Shown: one piece after another, positions 50,201 through 62,189 of the stretch | Position numbering within the stretch: position 1 is the stretch's first letter | How the letters are laid out: the number at the start of each line of letters is the position of its first letter | Assembly: GCA_051362555.1 (NCBI GenBank) | Contig: CM120640.1 | Location: 48,710,788 to 48,774,787, forward strand | Source of the DNA: Lingula anatina | Lineage: Eukaryota > Animalia > Brachiopoda | Reading direction: 5' to 3' | DNA: 64,000 nt | Notes under the pieces: model-generated | What the model was told of the DNA's origin: nothing | The model's input: only the letters and a program-made list of their open reading frames with translations | Database searches by the model: none | Program-made: the position numbers and the translations under genes

Positions 50201-53200
50201 TTGACAGTATTATATGTTTCCCTCACACATGCGAAAGCTTTATGGAAATTGCCAAAGGCTAGAAAATGCCTTCAAAATATACTTTTACAAGTTTTAATAA
50301 AATTCAAACTATGGCCACTATCATCCCACTGCCCTATGGTATCGCTAACACCTGTCAGTTGTCAACAGATCGTTGTAAATGTAGTTTGGAAAAAAAAAAC
50401 GTGAAACGGAGACTTTAGGTGATCTGCTACTATAATATAGATTGCATAAATTTATCATAAATTTATCACATCTGCAAGAAAAGTTTATTTATCTTTCTAC
50501 CATTTAGGCACTAACTGAAAAACAAGTCACAGAAACAGCATCAGTTTTCACTACCAAAATTGCCCATATTCAGAACAATTGACAAAATAACACCTTATAT
50601 AACACCTTCGATGACAGTATCTCCAACATTTTTTATGACTAGTTACCATAATTGCTGACAATTAAAAATTTTTACTTGAAGATAAATAAAACCAGGCAAT
50701 TGCTCAATGACACTTTTTCCGAATACCCACTGTAATATCTACATAAAACTCACACTTGACAAAATAAATGTCATATGACATATTAGCTTTCTGTTCTTAC
50801 CTGTTACATCATCAAAGACGATATATATGCAATTTTTTTCAAACTCTCTTTTCATTTCCTTAATTAGTCCTCCACCGCTTCTCTTTTCCTGCTCAAAGAA
50901 CATCTCCAATGTCTCGTCTGACATCTCCGGTTTCACGCCAGTAACCATTACCGTGTTACATGCGAGGACAGTTCCTGTCTTTGGCACAGGCTTGCTGATT
51001 TCTAAACTAGCACCTGCCAGTGTCAAATCTTGTCTTTTCAGCACCCTCTCAGCAACTGGAAAAATGCAACTTCATATTCAAGCACGGCTGTAAAAATGAA
51101 ATGCAAAACAGCATTATTATTACTGGTATGCCTACACTTAGAACATGGAAAGTCCAACCTAATTTGTGTTTAACTTAATAAAGAGCAGAACAAAAATGAC
51201 AATATAAAAAGAACTGTCTACGTAAACTTACGTGAATCTACGGCAAATGTTTTAAAATAGATGAAATACCACAAAACAGGGAATGTAGGATAAGGAACTG
51301 GGCAAGGTTCCATTTGCCAGAGGGCAGACAATTATTGACAGACTGCAAATCTGCATAAATCTCAACTTCGTTGTATCATATCAAATTTACCTTTCTTCGT
51401 CTTGAAAACCAGCGTGATAACCATGTCATCACGATTCACATAACAGCTTTCAATTTCACCCCCTCCAGATCGCTTTTCACTTTCAAAGAACATACAAATG
51501 GTTTCTTCTGACGTTGCGCAGTTGAACCCTCGCACCTCAAGTGTACATTCCTCTTTATTGGTCTCACCCTCCTCATGTTCATGTCTGTCTCTGGTTTCAT
51601 AAGGAGAGCCAAGGTTGCCACCTTGAGACCCAGAGTAAAGGGGAGGGATTTCCTGTGCTACAAGATGAAAAACTGAATATAAAAAACATTTGAAAACAAA
51701 AGATTTCAAGAAGACATTATACAGTATTGTCTCATTATCGTTAAATATAGTAATTAAGTAATTATAGTAGTTCTATTTTTTTTATTTTGTGTTCTTAAAT
51801 ATACTGTATGTCAGCTGTGCATTTGTATATCGAATACAGAAAAAAGAGACCAAGTGGGAAATAATGGTCGTTTATTATTATGACAGGTATTCACATTTGC
51901 CCAATATGTGCCAATTAATTATGACAACATCATGAGCATGGTTACACATCTTTATTAATTGAAAAACACAATGTAGGAAGGGGCATATATATATATATGG
52001 TTGGCTCTTTCGGACCCCTATATTTGAACTATAAAGATCACTGCATTGGCTAAGTGTCACTTATTGTCACTTGTGAGCAGTACTGGTCATTAAATTTTGG
52101 GGCGTCCGACTTCTTAGGGTAAAGATCCGGCCAGCTGAATCAGTAAATGGGGTTGGGGGATTTTTTAGATTTTTTTCAAAGTTTTGGTGTTTGGAACTCG
52201 AGGTCACGGCTTCTAGATTACATGTTCAATGTGAATGCATGCTGAAGTAAGTTACCAAAGTTGAAGTGAAATAATTCTTGATTAATCAGTAAATCAGTAA
52301 ATTGCTGGACTTTAGTTGGACTTAATTCAGTTCGTAAGTAAAGACTTTTAACTGAATGGTGGCAGCATTTTTACCTTGTATAGCCATTAATGACTTTGCA
52401 TTTTCAAATAATGGATACAACAGCACAATAGATGCAGGTTTTCTATGTGTATCATATTTCGTAGGATAAATTTTCAAAGTTGGTAAGAATTTGCACTCTT
52501 TTTCCTGTTCAAAAGCTATATTAAAATTTCCACTATAATTGTTTGCACAGCTATATTAAAATTTTCACTATTATTGTTTGCATAACTACAAAAATTGTTA
52601 CGTCTACCAATACAATTTATGCTGGTTAACAACTGTTGTTTCATTTTAAACACATATGACATACTAAATAACATGCAATGCATGCTACTTATCGTAAGAA
52701 CACGCATATTGCATATACAACCTATGGAAAAGCACCTACTGGTAATCAATAAGGTCGCGAGACGTGGTTATTTTCAGTTGCACCCTGGATTACGCACGCT
52801 TGCTACGCAAGGTGTCGCCTGTGGAGGGGGGGGGGGGGCGGCACAGCCCATATGGTTACTGTGGCGAAGGTGACAAGTACTTCCAAACATTTTTTCATAA
52901 CTGTCATTGTTCCTCATTCTATTCACAAATTTGATATTTACGGCAATTGAAAATGTGGCACTGGCAAAAGTGGGTCTTGGTGCGTTGACAGACCGCATAC
53001 TGCACAGGTGTCCCCAATTAACCGCCGCCAGAGAAGAGACCCCAAGCATTAAACAACACGACCTGTAGATATTGGAAATTTGGCAAAAGTTAAGCAACTA
53101 AGGCTTTATTAGATTTGGGCAGAAATCGAGAGGAATGTCCAGTGACATGCCAAACCTCTAAGTTCAAGTCTTGGCCCTTGACACCAGTAACGCACCCCTT

Positions 53201-56200
53201 AGTCAAGAATGTGAACAAATCAATGTTGGGCAGGTATGCTCTACTTTCTACAGGCGTTTTGTGATTTTATCAACTTGATTGTCAAGTGCCAGACCTTTTG
53301 TCCCCAGGTACTAGTAGCAAACATTATCAGATAACAATCTGACACTAACCAACAGCGCTGTAAACCCAGTTATCAATGCTGTCTTCTTTACCTGTATCTT
53401 TACCAGTATTATGCCAGTGGTACGTTCGCTACATTTGAGTAAGGAAATATGCTTTGATGCTTATATTTATTTGTAATACGTTAGCATCAACCTGTTAATA
53501 AAAACTTGGAAACTTTCAATGTTATTACAGAATAAAAGTATAATGATGGGAGATGTTATATGATTAAATGCTTAATAGAAATAATAAAAACAGATCATGT
53601 GAAATATAAAATGAATTCATTTTATTTGGGTTATTTGTTTATTTATTTATTTAAATCAATTAATTATCAAACATGAAGCTTATTTTTAGAAACATTAACA
53701 GATATTACTGCAATATAACCCTGCTGGTACACAGATCTACAGTTCTCAAATGCAAATACCTTCCACACACCACTGATGAAATGTGAATAATCATATGTAT
53801 AAAGCAGTAAAAATATCACAAAATGCGTGTAGGCAAGATATTTCTACAAGTAACCTCATTAATCAGTCAGGAAACTTCATAATGGATTCAATAAATGTAG
53901 AAATTTGAGCAAAAGAAATTCTACATACAGGCATGACAGATTTACCATATATTGCCACCAACTCTTAACTGAATGGGCATAGAAAGAACAAAGTGAGTCT
54001 CCCGCCCATTAAAAAGAATAATAAAAAAATAATTAAAAACAGATACTGCCAGTCTTAATACTGAAAAACCATGGCACCTTGCAGCCTTCACTGCCTCACT
54101 ATTTGCAGACAATGTTCTAGTCTCTGTAACTGTGTACTTTTGATGAGGCATAGACACAAGAATAACTCCTTTGAAGTATATTGTGAAGGTCTCTTTTGTC
54201 ATAAATCTGCCACGTATAACCTGAATGTACATATTGCAATTCACACCGCAGCAGCTTGTCTTAGTAAGGACTCAACCAGCTGAAAACTTGAGGCACAGCT
54301 TCAGGGACAAGATCACACCATCTTCCCTTGCTGTGATGATGGATCTACTAGTACATTATCTATGTCTTGTCCTCCTAGTTTCTCTAATACCATTTCCCCT
54401 GATCTATGCTCACATCAATCTCTACAGCTTTACCAACAGCTACACAGTTTTTACATCTGAAAGTATAAAGCCAAAATTGTAATAAAGCACTATCAATTTA
54501 CTTGTTATATATTGATTTGAGGGCAAGAGAAAAAAGCAGGAACCTCGTATCATAATCAAGATAACTAAAAATCAAATATGCATAATCAAATAGCTTCAAT
54601 TGTATATACTACTGATGATTTTATCTTTTAAACTTCAGCATAAATTTTGACTTTCTCTTGTTAAAGCATAGCCACTTTATCAAAATGTGCTTGAACAAAT
54701 AATAATAATAAACAACCTGCACACATGATGGAACATGGAGGTCAATTGCCACAAAATAAGTTGATTTGTACTTGGTAGCCTGAGAAATAGTATCAGGTAT
54801 TAATTTGAGCAGTAATAATACTACAGAGTTAACAACGACACAAGCATATGGTGTAATGTAACAAAATTCATGCATTACTTGCTGTGGCAGTGTCCTTAAT
54901 ATTAATTCTCAACCTATTGTGCACCGCAGGTTTTGATTTTCAATGTCATTAAAAATTTTTATTGCTGTTAGTTTGATCTATGTATCTGCTATTCAAACTA
55001 GAGGATCAGGATATATGGTACAATCAAATTTAAGTTCTTTGTAAGATAGGTCAAGGATCAATTTCAAGGTCACAGTAAATTGCCAGTATATGACTTCCTA
55101 TTCAAGTTCAATAGTAACTATGGACCTATCTCTGTCAAGTTTGAAGTTAAAAGAGAAAGAAATTAGCAGAGTTCACTTCATGATAAAAAGTAGGCCAAAG
55201 GTCAATTTCAAGGTCACACTTAGATTGCCAGTATAGGACTTCCTATTCAAGTTCAATAGTAACTATGGACCTATCTGCCAGTTTTGGAGATAAAAGGGAA
55301 GCAAAATTTGCAAAATTCAGTTCATGGTGAAAAGTAGGTCAAAGGTCAATTTCAAGGTCACATTTAGATTGCCAGTATATGACTTTCTTATCATGTTCAA
55401 TAGTAACTATGGACCTATCTCTGCCAGTTTTGGAGATAAAAGGAAAGCAAAATTTGCAAAGTTCAGTTCATGGTGAAAAATAGGTCAAAAGTCAATTTTA
55501 ATGTCACATTTATATTGCCAGTATATGACTTCCTATTCAAGTTCAATAGTAACTATGGACCTATCTATGCCAGTTTTGGAGATAAAAGGGAAGCAAAATT
55601 TGCAAAGTTCAGTTTATGGTGAAAAGTAGGTCAAAGGTCAATTTTAAGGTCACATTTAGATTGCCAGTATATGACTTCCAATTCAAGTTCAATAGTAACT
55701 ATGGACCTATCTCTGCCAGTTTTGGAGATAAAAGGGAAGAAAAATTTGCAAAGTTCAGTTCATGGTGAAAAGTAGGTCAAAGGTCAATTTTAAGGTCACA
55801 TTTAGATTGCCAGTATATGACTTCCTATTCAAGTTCAATAGTAACTATGGACCTATCTCTGCCAGTTTTGGAGATAAAAGGGAAGCAAAATTTGCAAAGT
55901 TCAGTTTATGGTGAAAAGTAGGTCAAAGGTCAATTTTAATGTCACATTTACATTGCCAGTATATGACTTTCTATTCAAGTTCAATACTAACTATGGACCT
56001 ATCTCAGCCAGTTTTGGAGATAAAAGGGAAGCAAAATTTGCAAAGTTCAGTTCATGGAGAAAAGTAGGTCAAAGGTCAATTTCAAGGTCACAGTAAGATT
56101 GCCAGTATATGACTTCCTATTCAACTTCAATAGTAACTATGGACCTATCTCTGCCAGTTTTGGAGATATAAGGGACTAAATGTTATAATTTTGGAGTTAC

Positions 56201-57745
56201 CATAATGTGCCTTAAATTTCGTACAGAAAAAATTAATTAAAATAAAGAAAATGTCATTTTGGTCAAAATTCTTGAAATAGGAGGTGCTCTGAAGTTTCAG
56301 AAGTTCAAATTTGATGAAATAATGTCATTTTTGAACACAAGTTGTCTGCTTTGCCAAGCCTTATGTTTTATTTTTCCAGAGTTCAAAATTTATTATCCAT
56401 TACCGTACTGCACATTTTGCTTTTACCACCAATATGTACTTTTTGATACAGCGTAACTCGAAAACCGTATGGAATACAAAAAAACCGAGACCACCCTCAG
56501 TGTTGGGCTTTACATGCTCTACAAAATGCAAAAAAGAATGGGTCTCTAGCATTAACGGTTCCCGAATTAGAGACAGTTTTCAGTTTCGGTATCTTATGGC
56601 CGCTACTCCCGTGAAAATGCACCGATTGACCCCAAATTCATGGAGATGAAAGATGACCTGAAGGGTAACACTTTCCAATAATATTATTGGTTAAGTCTGT
56701 GTAGTGTCTGAATAACAGGGCAAAAAAAATTTTTTTCGTAAAAAATTTCATTTTTTAAAAAATTTTGACCCATTTGACCTTGAAGTAAAGGTCAAAGGTC
56801 AAATCCAAGGGTATATTTGAAATCTACACATATGACTTTTGGAAAGCCGTCTATAGAAATTTTTCCCATAACTCCTTCCGTAGGGTAGATAATTAGCATT
56901 TAATTTTGCCATTTTTAGACAAGGGTGCATTGTAATGCGTGCCACACCCAGACCCCAATACCGACAAAGCCCAAATTTTACGTGGAACAAGTTGAGATTA
57001 TAGGTGACCTAAATCCATGAGATGGGTACGGGGGCCCTTACCGTCTAGGAGGAGAAGCGGTAACGGTAGCCGTCCGGCGGAGCCGGCGGAACGATCCGGA
57101 CGGGACCGAAACCATGTGTACCGCCAGCGCTAACGCTGGTGGTACAATAATATCGTTTGGAAAATAACTCACTGATTTAATTATGCTTTTGCAACATGAA
57201 ATTATCATTAACTTTGCCGGTTCACGTGTACACAGTACCTTGCTATCAGTGCTGCTCTTTTCTCCCCAACTCGCCACTGACATGCTAACCACATCGTTTC
57301 AAAACAACGTTGGTATGCTCCTTTACTTTTGGTGTTGGCAGTTTCGCCCCGGGGACATCGTTTTCGGTTAAAAACAACGTATCGTTTTCACCCATCTTTG
57401 CACTGCTCCTGTACAAAATGTCCGCTTGCTGCCCCCCAAGTTAAAAATCGTAGCACGTGGGTAGTTACGCAAGACCTGTGACGTACATGTATAACACACT
57501 TATTGAAGTGCCTGAATGGGTTGTTAATGGTTCAACATCTTGGTGTTGATCTCAATTGCAAGTACAGGTAGCATCATCCTGATAGGGAAAAGTTTTCTTA
57601 CCTGACAATGGGCTAGGCAAGTTATGGGCATTTCGTGGAGCAGTAACATGGTGCCTTGGCAGGGAAGGACCTTGCTCTAAACTTTCATAAGGCGGTGGGC
57701 TGCTCCATGATGTGGCCCCGTGTGTCTGGCAGGCAGCACTGAAGC
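34088..57745 (-). CDS. PARP14: PARP14-like mono-ADP-ribosyltransferase (RRM array - putative KH region - 3 macrodomains - WWE - ART), at least 26 exons, about 2,450 aa or more, 5' incomplete
   Basis: Exons in minus orientation: 57745-57602, 51657-51391, 51055-50801, 49471-49202, 49088-48837, 48643-48359, 48137-47895, 47394-47281, 47055-46864, 46581-46324, 46117-45881, 45744-43996, 43779-43276, 42685-42573, 42425-42198, 41848-41627, 41483-41354, 38101-37943, 37704-37639, 37499-37317, 36992-36786, 36580-36354, 35732-35312, 35090-34942, 34720-34543, 34374-34088. All are GT-AG and phase-consistent. Motifs: DVIVNAAN..AVGP..FPALSAG, DIIVNTT..IPAIGTG, GDIT..DAIVN..FPALGTG, WWE (QWCY..FQPY..IEDA), WHGT..GFNRSYCGKNA..GVYFA..YDSVVD..QAYPEF. 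Confidence 0.92.
38375..41285. repeat. Composite intronic repeat: about 310-340-bp units, about 180-bp subrepeats and a ~1.39-kb tandem duplication; HINE/pearl-like
   Basis: The sequence from 38847 onward recurs at 40239. The GGCCCGATCATGCTGATTTTCGAACTTGACCTG motif recurs several times, with GGCGAC/GACG microsatellite-like tracts followed by GGCAATATGTACAG. Confidence 0.75.
43996..45744 (-). CDS. PARP14: Large 1749-nt exon of the PARP14-like gene (putative KH-domain region into macrodomain 1)
   Basis: Matches ORF 43976..45712. Ends in RDDLTQQHVDVIVNAANRDMAHIGGLAKAIVDAG. The KH assignment is by analogy with the large PARP14 exon. Confidence 0.9.
47176..47238. repeat. (CA)n microsatellite
   Basis: Direct reading. 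Confidence 0.95.
54995..57150 (+). mobile_element. Helentron-associated interspersed element (HINE/pearl-like) carrying a satellite array
   Basis: 5' end AAACTAGAGG...ATATATGGTA, then a tandem array, then a GC-rich CGG/GACGG microsatellite-like tract (57060-57110), a subterminal inverted AACCATGTGT, and a 3' hairpin GTACCGCCAGCG-CTAA-CGCTGGTGGTAC followed by AATAA. Confidence 0.7.
55040..56172. repeat. Tandem array of about 8 copies of a 146-bp unit
   Basis: AACTATGGACCTATC recurs at 55116, 55261, 55405, 55551, 55697, 55843, 55989 and 56135 (spacing 144-146). Confidence 0.95.
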
Positions 57746-58469
57746 CTATTTAAAAACTTATCTACATTATACAGACTGTGAGATAAGACAGTCCTTTTGT
57801 ACTTTTTCTTGGAGAAACATTGAAATGGAACGCAGTAATGTACATTAAAATATGCACTCAATGGACGAAAGCAAGTAACCCAAATACCTTGTAATACAGT
57901 ACCAATGCTCATGAAGACACCCAAATTGAGATATAAAAGAACCATCTATATGAGAAACTAATTTTACATCGTCCATGCGGATAAAAACTGGACATGATCT
58001 TTATGATATTATGTTATTTATAATTAGCCTACTTGCATATCCCCACGTGTATGTAGACTCCATTTGGCTAACTTCAGATATTTTAAATAAATGAAAAAAC
58101 CGACTTCATAAATAAAAGTTGTGATTTTTTTGTCAATTAATATAAAATCTGTGCTACTCATATCTCAATCCCCTCATATAAGATAACTGCCGTATTTTTG
58201 GTATAGCCTTGTACTATACATACAACTGTATACCGGGTGGACTCAGAGAATTCTCCTAGACCATAACTGACACTGCATAACATTAATAATAAAACAACAC
58301 AAACAACATATAAAGTGCATATGGACGCAGTTAGCGCACGAATTTTATTTCAAACCATCTTCAATCATTTACAAACAATATAAATAAATAATTAAATAAA
58401 TAAATTATAAACACGAGGAGACCCTCTCCTCACCAAAACTCCTTATCATCTCTTCCTTTTATATATAAA

Positions 58470-58990
58470 CAGGAATCACCGGGATATCACATCCCTAACA
58501 GCTCTTCTGAGCTAATCTTTCCCTTACCTAGGGAATCACCAGGATATCACATCCAAACAGCTCTTCCGAGCTCATCTTTCCCTTACCTAGGGAATCACCG
58601 GGATATCACATCCCAACAGCTCTTCCGAGCTCATTTTTCCTTACAAAGGGAATCACCAGGATATCACATCCAAACAGCTCTTCCAAGCTCACCTTTCCCT
58701 TTTTAGGGAATCCTAAGGATATAACATCCCAACAGCTCTCCCGAGTTCATCTTTCCCTTACATAGGGATTTAACAGAATATCACAACCCAAGCACTTTCG
58801 ATTTCATTTCTCCCATACATAGGAAATCACCAGAGACCACCTCCCAAACACCTCTTTCGAACTCATCTTTCCTTTACATACGGAATCACGAGGATATAAC
58901 ATCCAAACAGTTTCCAAGCTCACCTTTCCCTTTTTAGGGAATCATAAGGATAAAACATCCCAACAGCTCTCCCGAGCTCATCTTTCCCTT
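58470..58990. repeat. ~59-bp minisatellite (about 9 copies), resuming at 60474-60580 after an insertion
   Basis: Unit AGGGAATCACCGGGATATCACATCCCAACAGCTCTTCCGAGCTCATCTTTCCCTTACCT. Confidence 0.9.
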
Positions 58991-58992
58991 AA

Positions 58993-60469
58993 CCCCATAG
59001 CGCCTGTCAGCATCTGACCTAGAAAGTGCTCTTGGTCCTGAGCCCTCTACACGGACGCACTCAATTTTACAGGCGGCCTCATTTAATCAATGATAATATA
59101 TTCACTTGTTTAGAAAACACCTATGAACTGTACATTTTTAAAAAGCCAACAATGTAAGCTTTAAAGTCATATCAGTTTTATTCATATTTGTTAACTAAGG
59201 TAGAAATAGCAGGAGTTTAAATATATGACTTGCTTTTCTCGTAGAGAAGTAAAAAACAAAACTTTAATTTCAGCATGCACATTCTTTTTCACTTAACCAA
59301 ATAATTTGTTGAAATTTTCTCATAAACATTCGAAATATGTTTTAAACAATTTCAGAAAGATATCGTATTTAGTTTTTGAGTTATAATAAGTTTCCTGGGA
59401 TGCGTGCTGTACCTAAAAACCTTCATCATGCCAGCTAGTTGCACAATATACTGGCGGGCTAGCTGACTGGAAGACTTCCACCTAATTATGTTTATAATTA
59501 CAAATAGATTGTAAATTAAGTGCCTTTTTCAATAGTTTTTCTCTAGTTTTTTAATCAACTGAACCCGGATACTCATAAAATTTTGTTTTGCACTCAAATC
59601 ATATACAAGAATACAAACAATATCATGAGCAAATATTACACTTTCGTGAATAAAAATTGCATCATAAAAATACAAGCAAACGTGGAATTTGTACTAATAC
59701 ACAAGCAGGAAAAGACATGTTGATACAACGCACTAGTAAACATATTACATCTGTATTTATGCACAAGCAGGAAAAGCCATGTGTAGATGCAGCACACAAG
59801 TAAATATATGTCATTTGAACTTCTACATAAGCAGGAAAAGACATGTTGATGCAGTACAAAGAAACATATGACATTTGTATTTATGCACAAGCAGGAAAAG
59901 ACATGTTGATACAGCACACAAGGCAACATTTAGCCTGACTTGCCACGGAACGTTTACAGTCATTTTATCAGCAATATAACCCTTCCAATTACTATTGTCG
60001 TCTGCTTGGTTACTGCCGTTAGTATCATCAGCGTTTTTCATAAATCAAGCCCGCGTCCGAATCTGCTCTCTGACAACTCATACTAGCCAAAGGTACATAA
60101 TCTTTAAAGTTATCGGAGTATCAAAATCTATCAAGGACGCTTCCCCGAAGTCTGAATTTTCAAACAAATCTAGAATATTTCTCAACCCATAATTTCTGCT
60201 GACTTCTCGTCGCCATTTTGACTTCTTAGCGCCTCGACAATGGTTGAAATAAATCGCTTTTTCATCATCCAATTCTTGCTACACGTCTTTCAAAAGCCAG
60301 TAGTAAACAGAAAACTAACATTAAGTTATTCTTGTGACAGAAGCAGGAATTGTTACAAACGACAGAGGACAGTACAATCATGTAAACACAGAAACCGCGT
60401 ATAAGCAGTTCCCGGCACTGAGGACTTTTTAAAATGAACCGCATATGTGCGGTTCCCGGCGCTATGGGG
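58993..60469 (-). mobile_element. Non-autonomous piggyBac-like element nested in the DIRS minisatellite
   Basis: TTAA|CCCCATAGCGCC ... GGCGCTATGGGG|TTAA. Internal ~62-bp tandem repeats at 59690-59920. A possible remnant of an acidic transposase N-terminus lies at about 59980-60216 on the minus strand. Confidence 0.88.
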
Positions 60470-61149
60470 TTAAATAGGGATTTAACAGAATATCACAACC
60501 CAAGCACTTCCGATCTCATTTATCCCATACATAGGAAATCACCAGAGACGACCTCCCAAACACCTCCTCCGAACTCATCTCTCCACTACACAAGTGCAAA
60601 ACTACCTCCCAAACAGCTCATATAAATCAATCATTAAATTAATATATTAATAAACATAAATCGCACCTCCAAACACACACCCATGCACACTGTACGCCTA
60701 CACTCTAACACAACATACACTATACTTATTTTGAAAACAAAAACATTGAATAAAAATAAAAATAGCCACTGCAGCAATAACCAATGTAGTTATAAAACAA
60801 AATGAATCACATGTACTAATCAAATTAAAACAACAAAACCATAAACAAAATTTGAAAAATAAAAATGTACGTGTCAACTGGTCTGCGCTAACTGGTCGAA
60901 TGAACAACTGTCATGACTTACCCACAATTCTTACCAATATCACAACACAATATATACAGTGTCGCCCCCTAGGAAAAAATAATTCCATTCTTATTCACTT
61001 CGCTCAAACGAATAGAATTATATTTCTCCTAGACCATAACCGACACTGTATACCATTAATAATAAAACAACACAAACAACATATAAAGTGCATATGGACG
61101 CAGTTAGCGCACAAGTCGAAAACAAAGAACGGGAATGTTAAGTTATACA

Positions 61150-62119
61150 GACCCAATTTTTTACTAACAAAAAATCTGTCGGAAATTATCTGTCACATAG
61201 CCATCTTTAGCTGTTACCAAACTCCACTTTCCATGTCTTTTAAATAACCTGTCTAGAACACCAGCTCTTGTGGCAGCAGTAGCAGCACCTGCTCTCAAAC
61301 TATGTAAAACAAATTGTTTTATATCTTTAACAAGAGGAGAAAAAAAGAGGAAATTAATAATTCTCTCATTCTAGTATATGAAATAGGCTTATCATCATAT
61401 CTAATATTGAAGTGCTTGGTGACAGATCTAAAAATATACAAATCCGAATGCTCAAGATTCACACAGAGAACAATTGCTCTAAATTTTTAACAGGACAAAG
61501 CTTTGAATAAGTTCTACATGTAGCAATAACCATATGAGAACCATCTCTAGAGATGTCCGTTTTGCTCTTTTCAATAAAAATCGACATGTATGAATCATGA
61601 AACAAAACATCACTAATCCTTAAATTTAACAGCTCTAAAACTCGAATAAAGCCTGCATAAAAAAGCAAGCAAGCACATATAGCACATTGAGAATACACAT
61701 TTCCTTCTTCAAAATTTGCATCAAACATTTTTTCCAAAATATCTGGATATATGGGCTCCTTTTTGCAAACTGGCTGTGACTTGTGCCTCTTATATACCTT
61801 CCGACACGATTTTTACTAAATTAGAGTCTGTAGGAAACTCTGCGCTTATAATGGCATACACCCATTTAAGCCCGTAAAAAGCCTGATAAACAGGACTAGA
61901 AGAATTGGACTGTTCTGCTAAGCACGACAAGTACAAAGCAACAGGAAAACCTTTTGCCGGAAAATTCCCTTGATTGCCGTTCTTCTTCGCCCATAATTCC
62001 CATCGCATGAAAGCTGAATAATAACCCTTGACTGTGTTCGATAACCGACTCTCAGACAAAAAATCCAGCAACCAATGGCATTTTACCAGCCATCTCGTCA
62101 GGAAGCTCAGAAATGTCAT
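61150..62119 (-). pseudogene. Tyrosine recombinase ORF of the DIRS-type element, frameshifted
   Basis: ORF fragments 61790..62119 (SAM-like N-terminal) and 61459..61737, plus an HSLR..H..Y segment in other frames. Confidence 0.85.
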
Positions 62120-62189
62120 CCTTATAAGCCTGCAAAAACAAAAAGAAAAATTAATTAGTAATTTAAAATCACTTTCATTTATTAAAAAA

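Noticed and set aside
54250-54468. Candidate extra PARP exon behind a tttcag acceptor on the minus strand
   Set aside because: In-frame stops in the required phase and no matching donor.
58470-58990. CRISPR-like regular repeats (also at 31065-31170 and 55040-56172)
   Set aside because: These are head-to-tail tandem repeats without unique spacers, with no cas genes and in a eukaryotic context.
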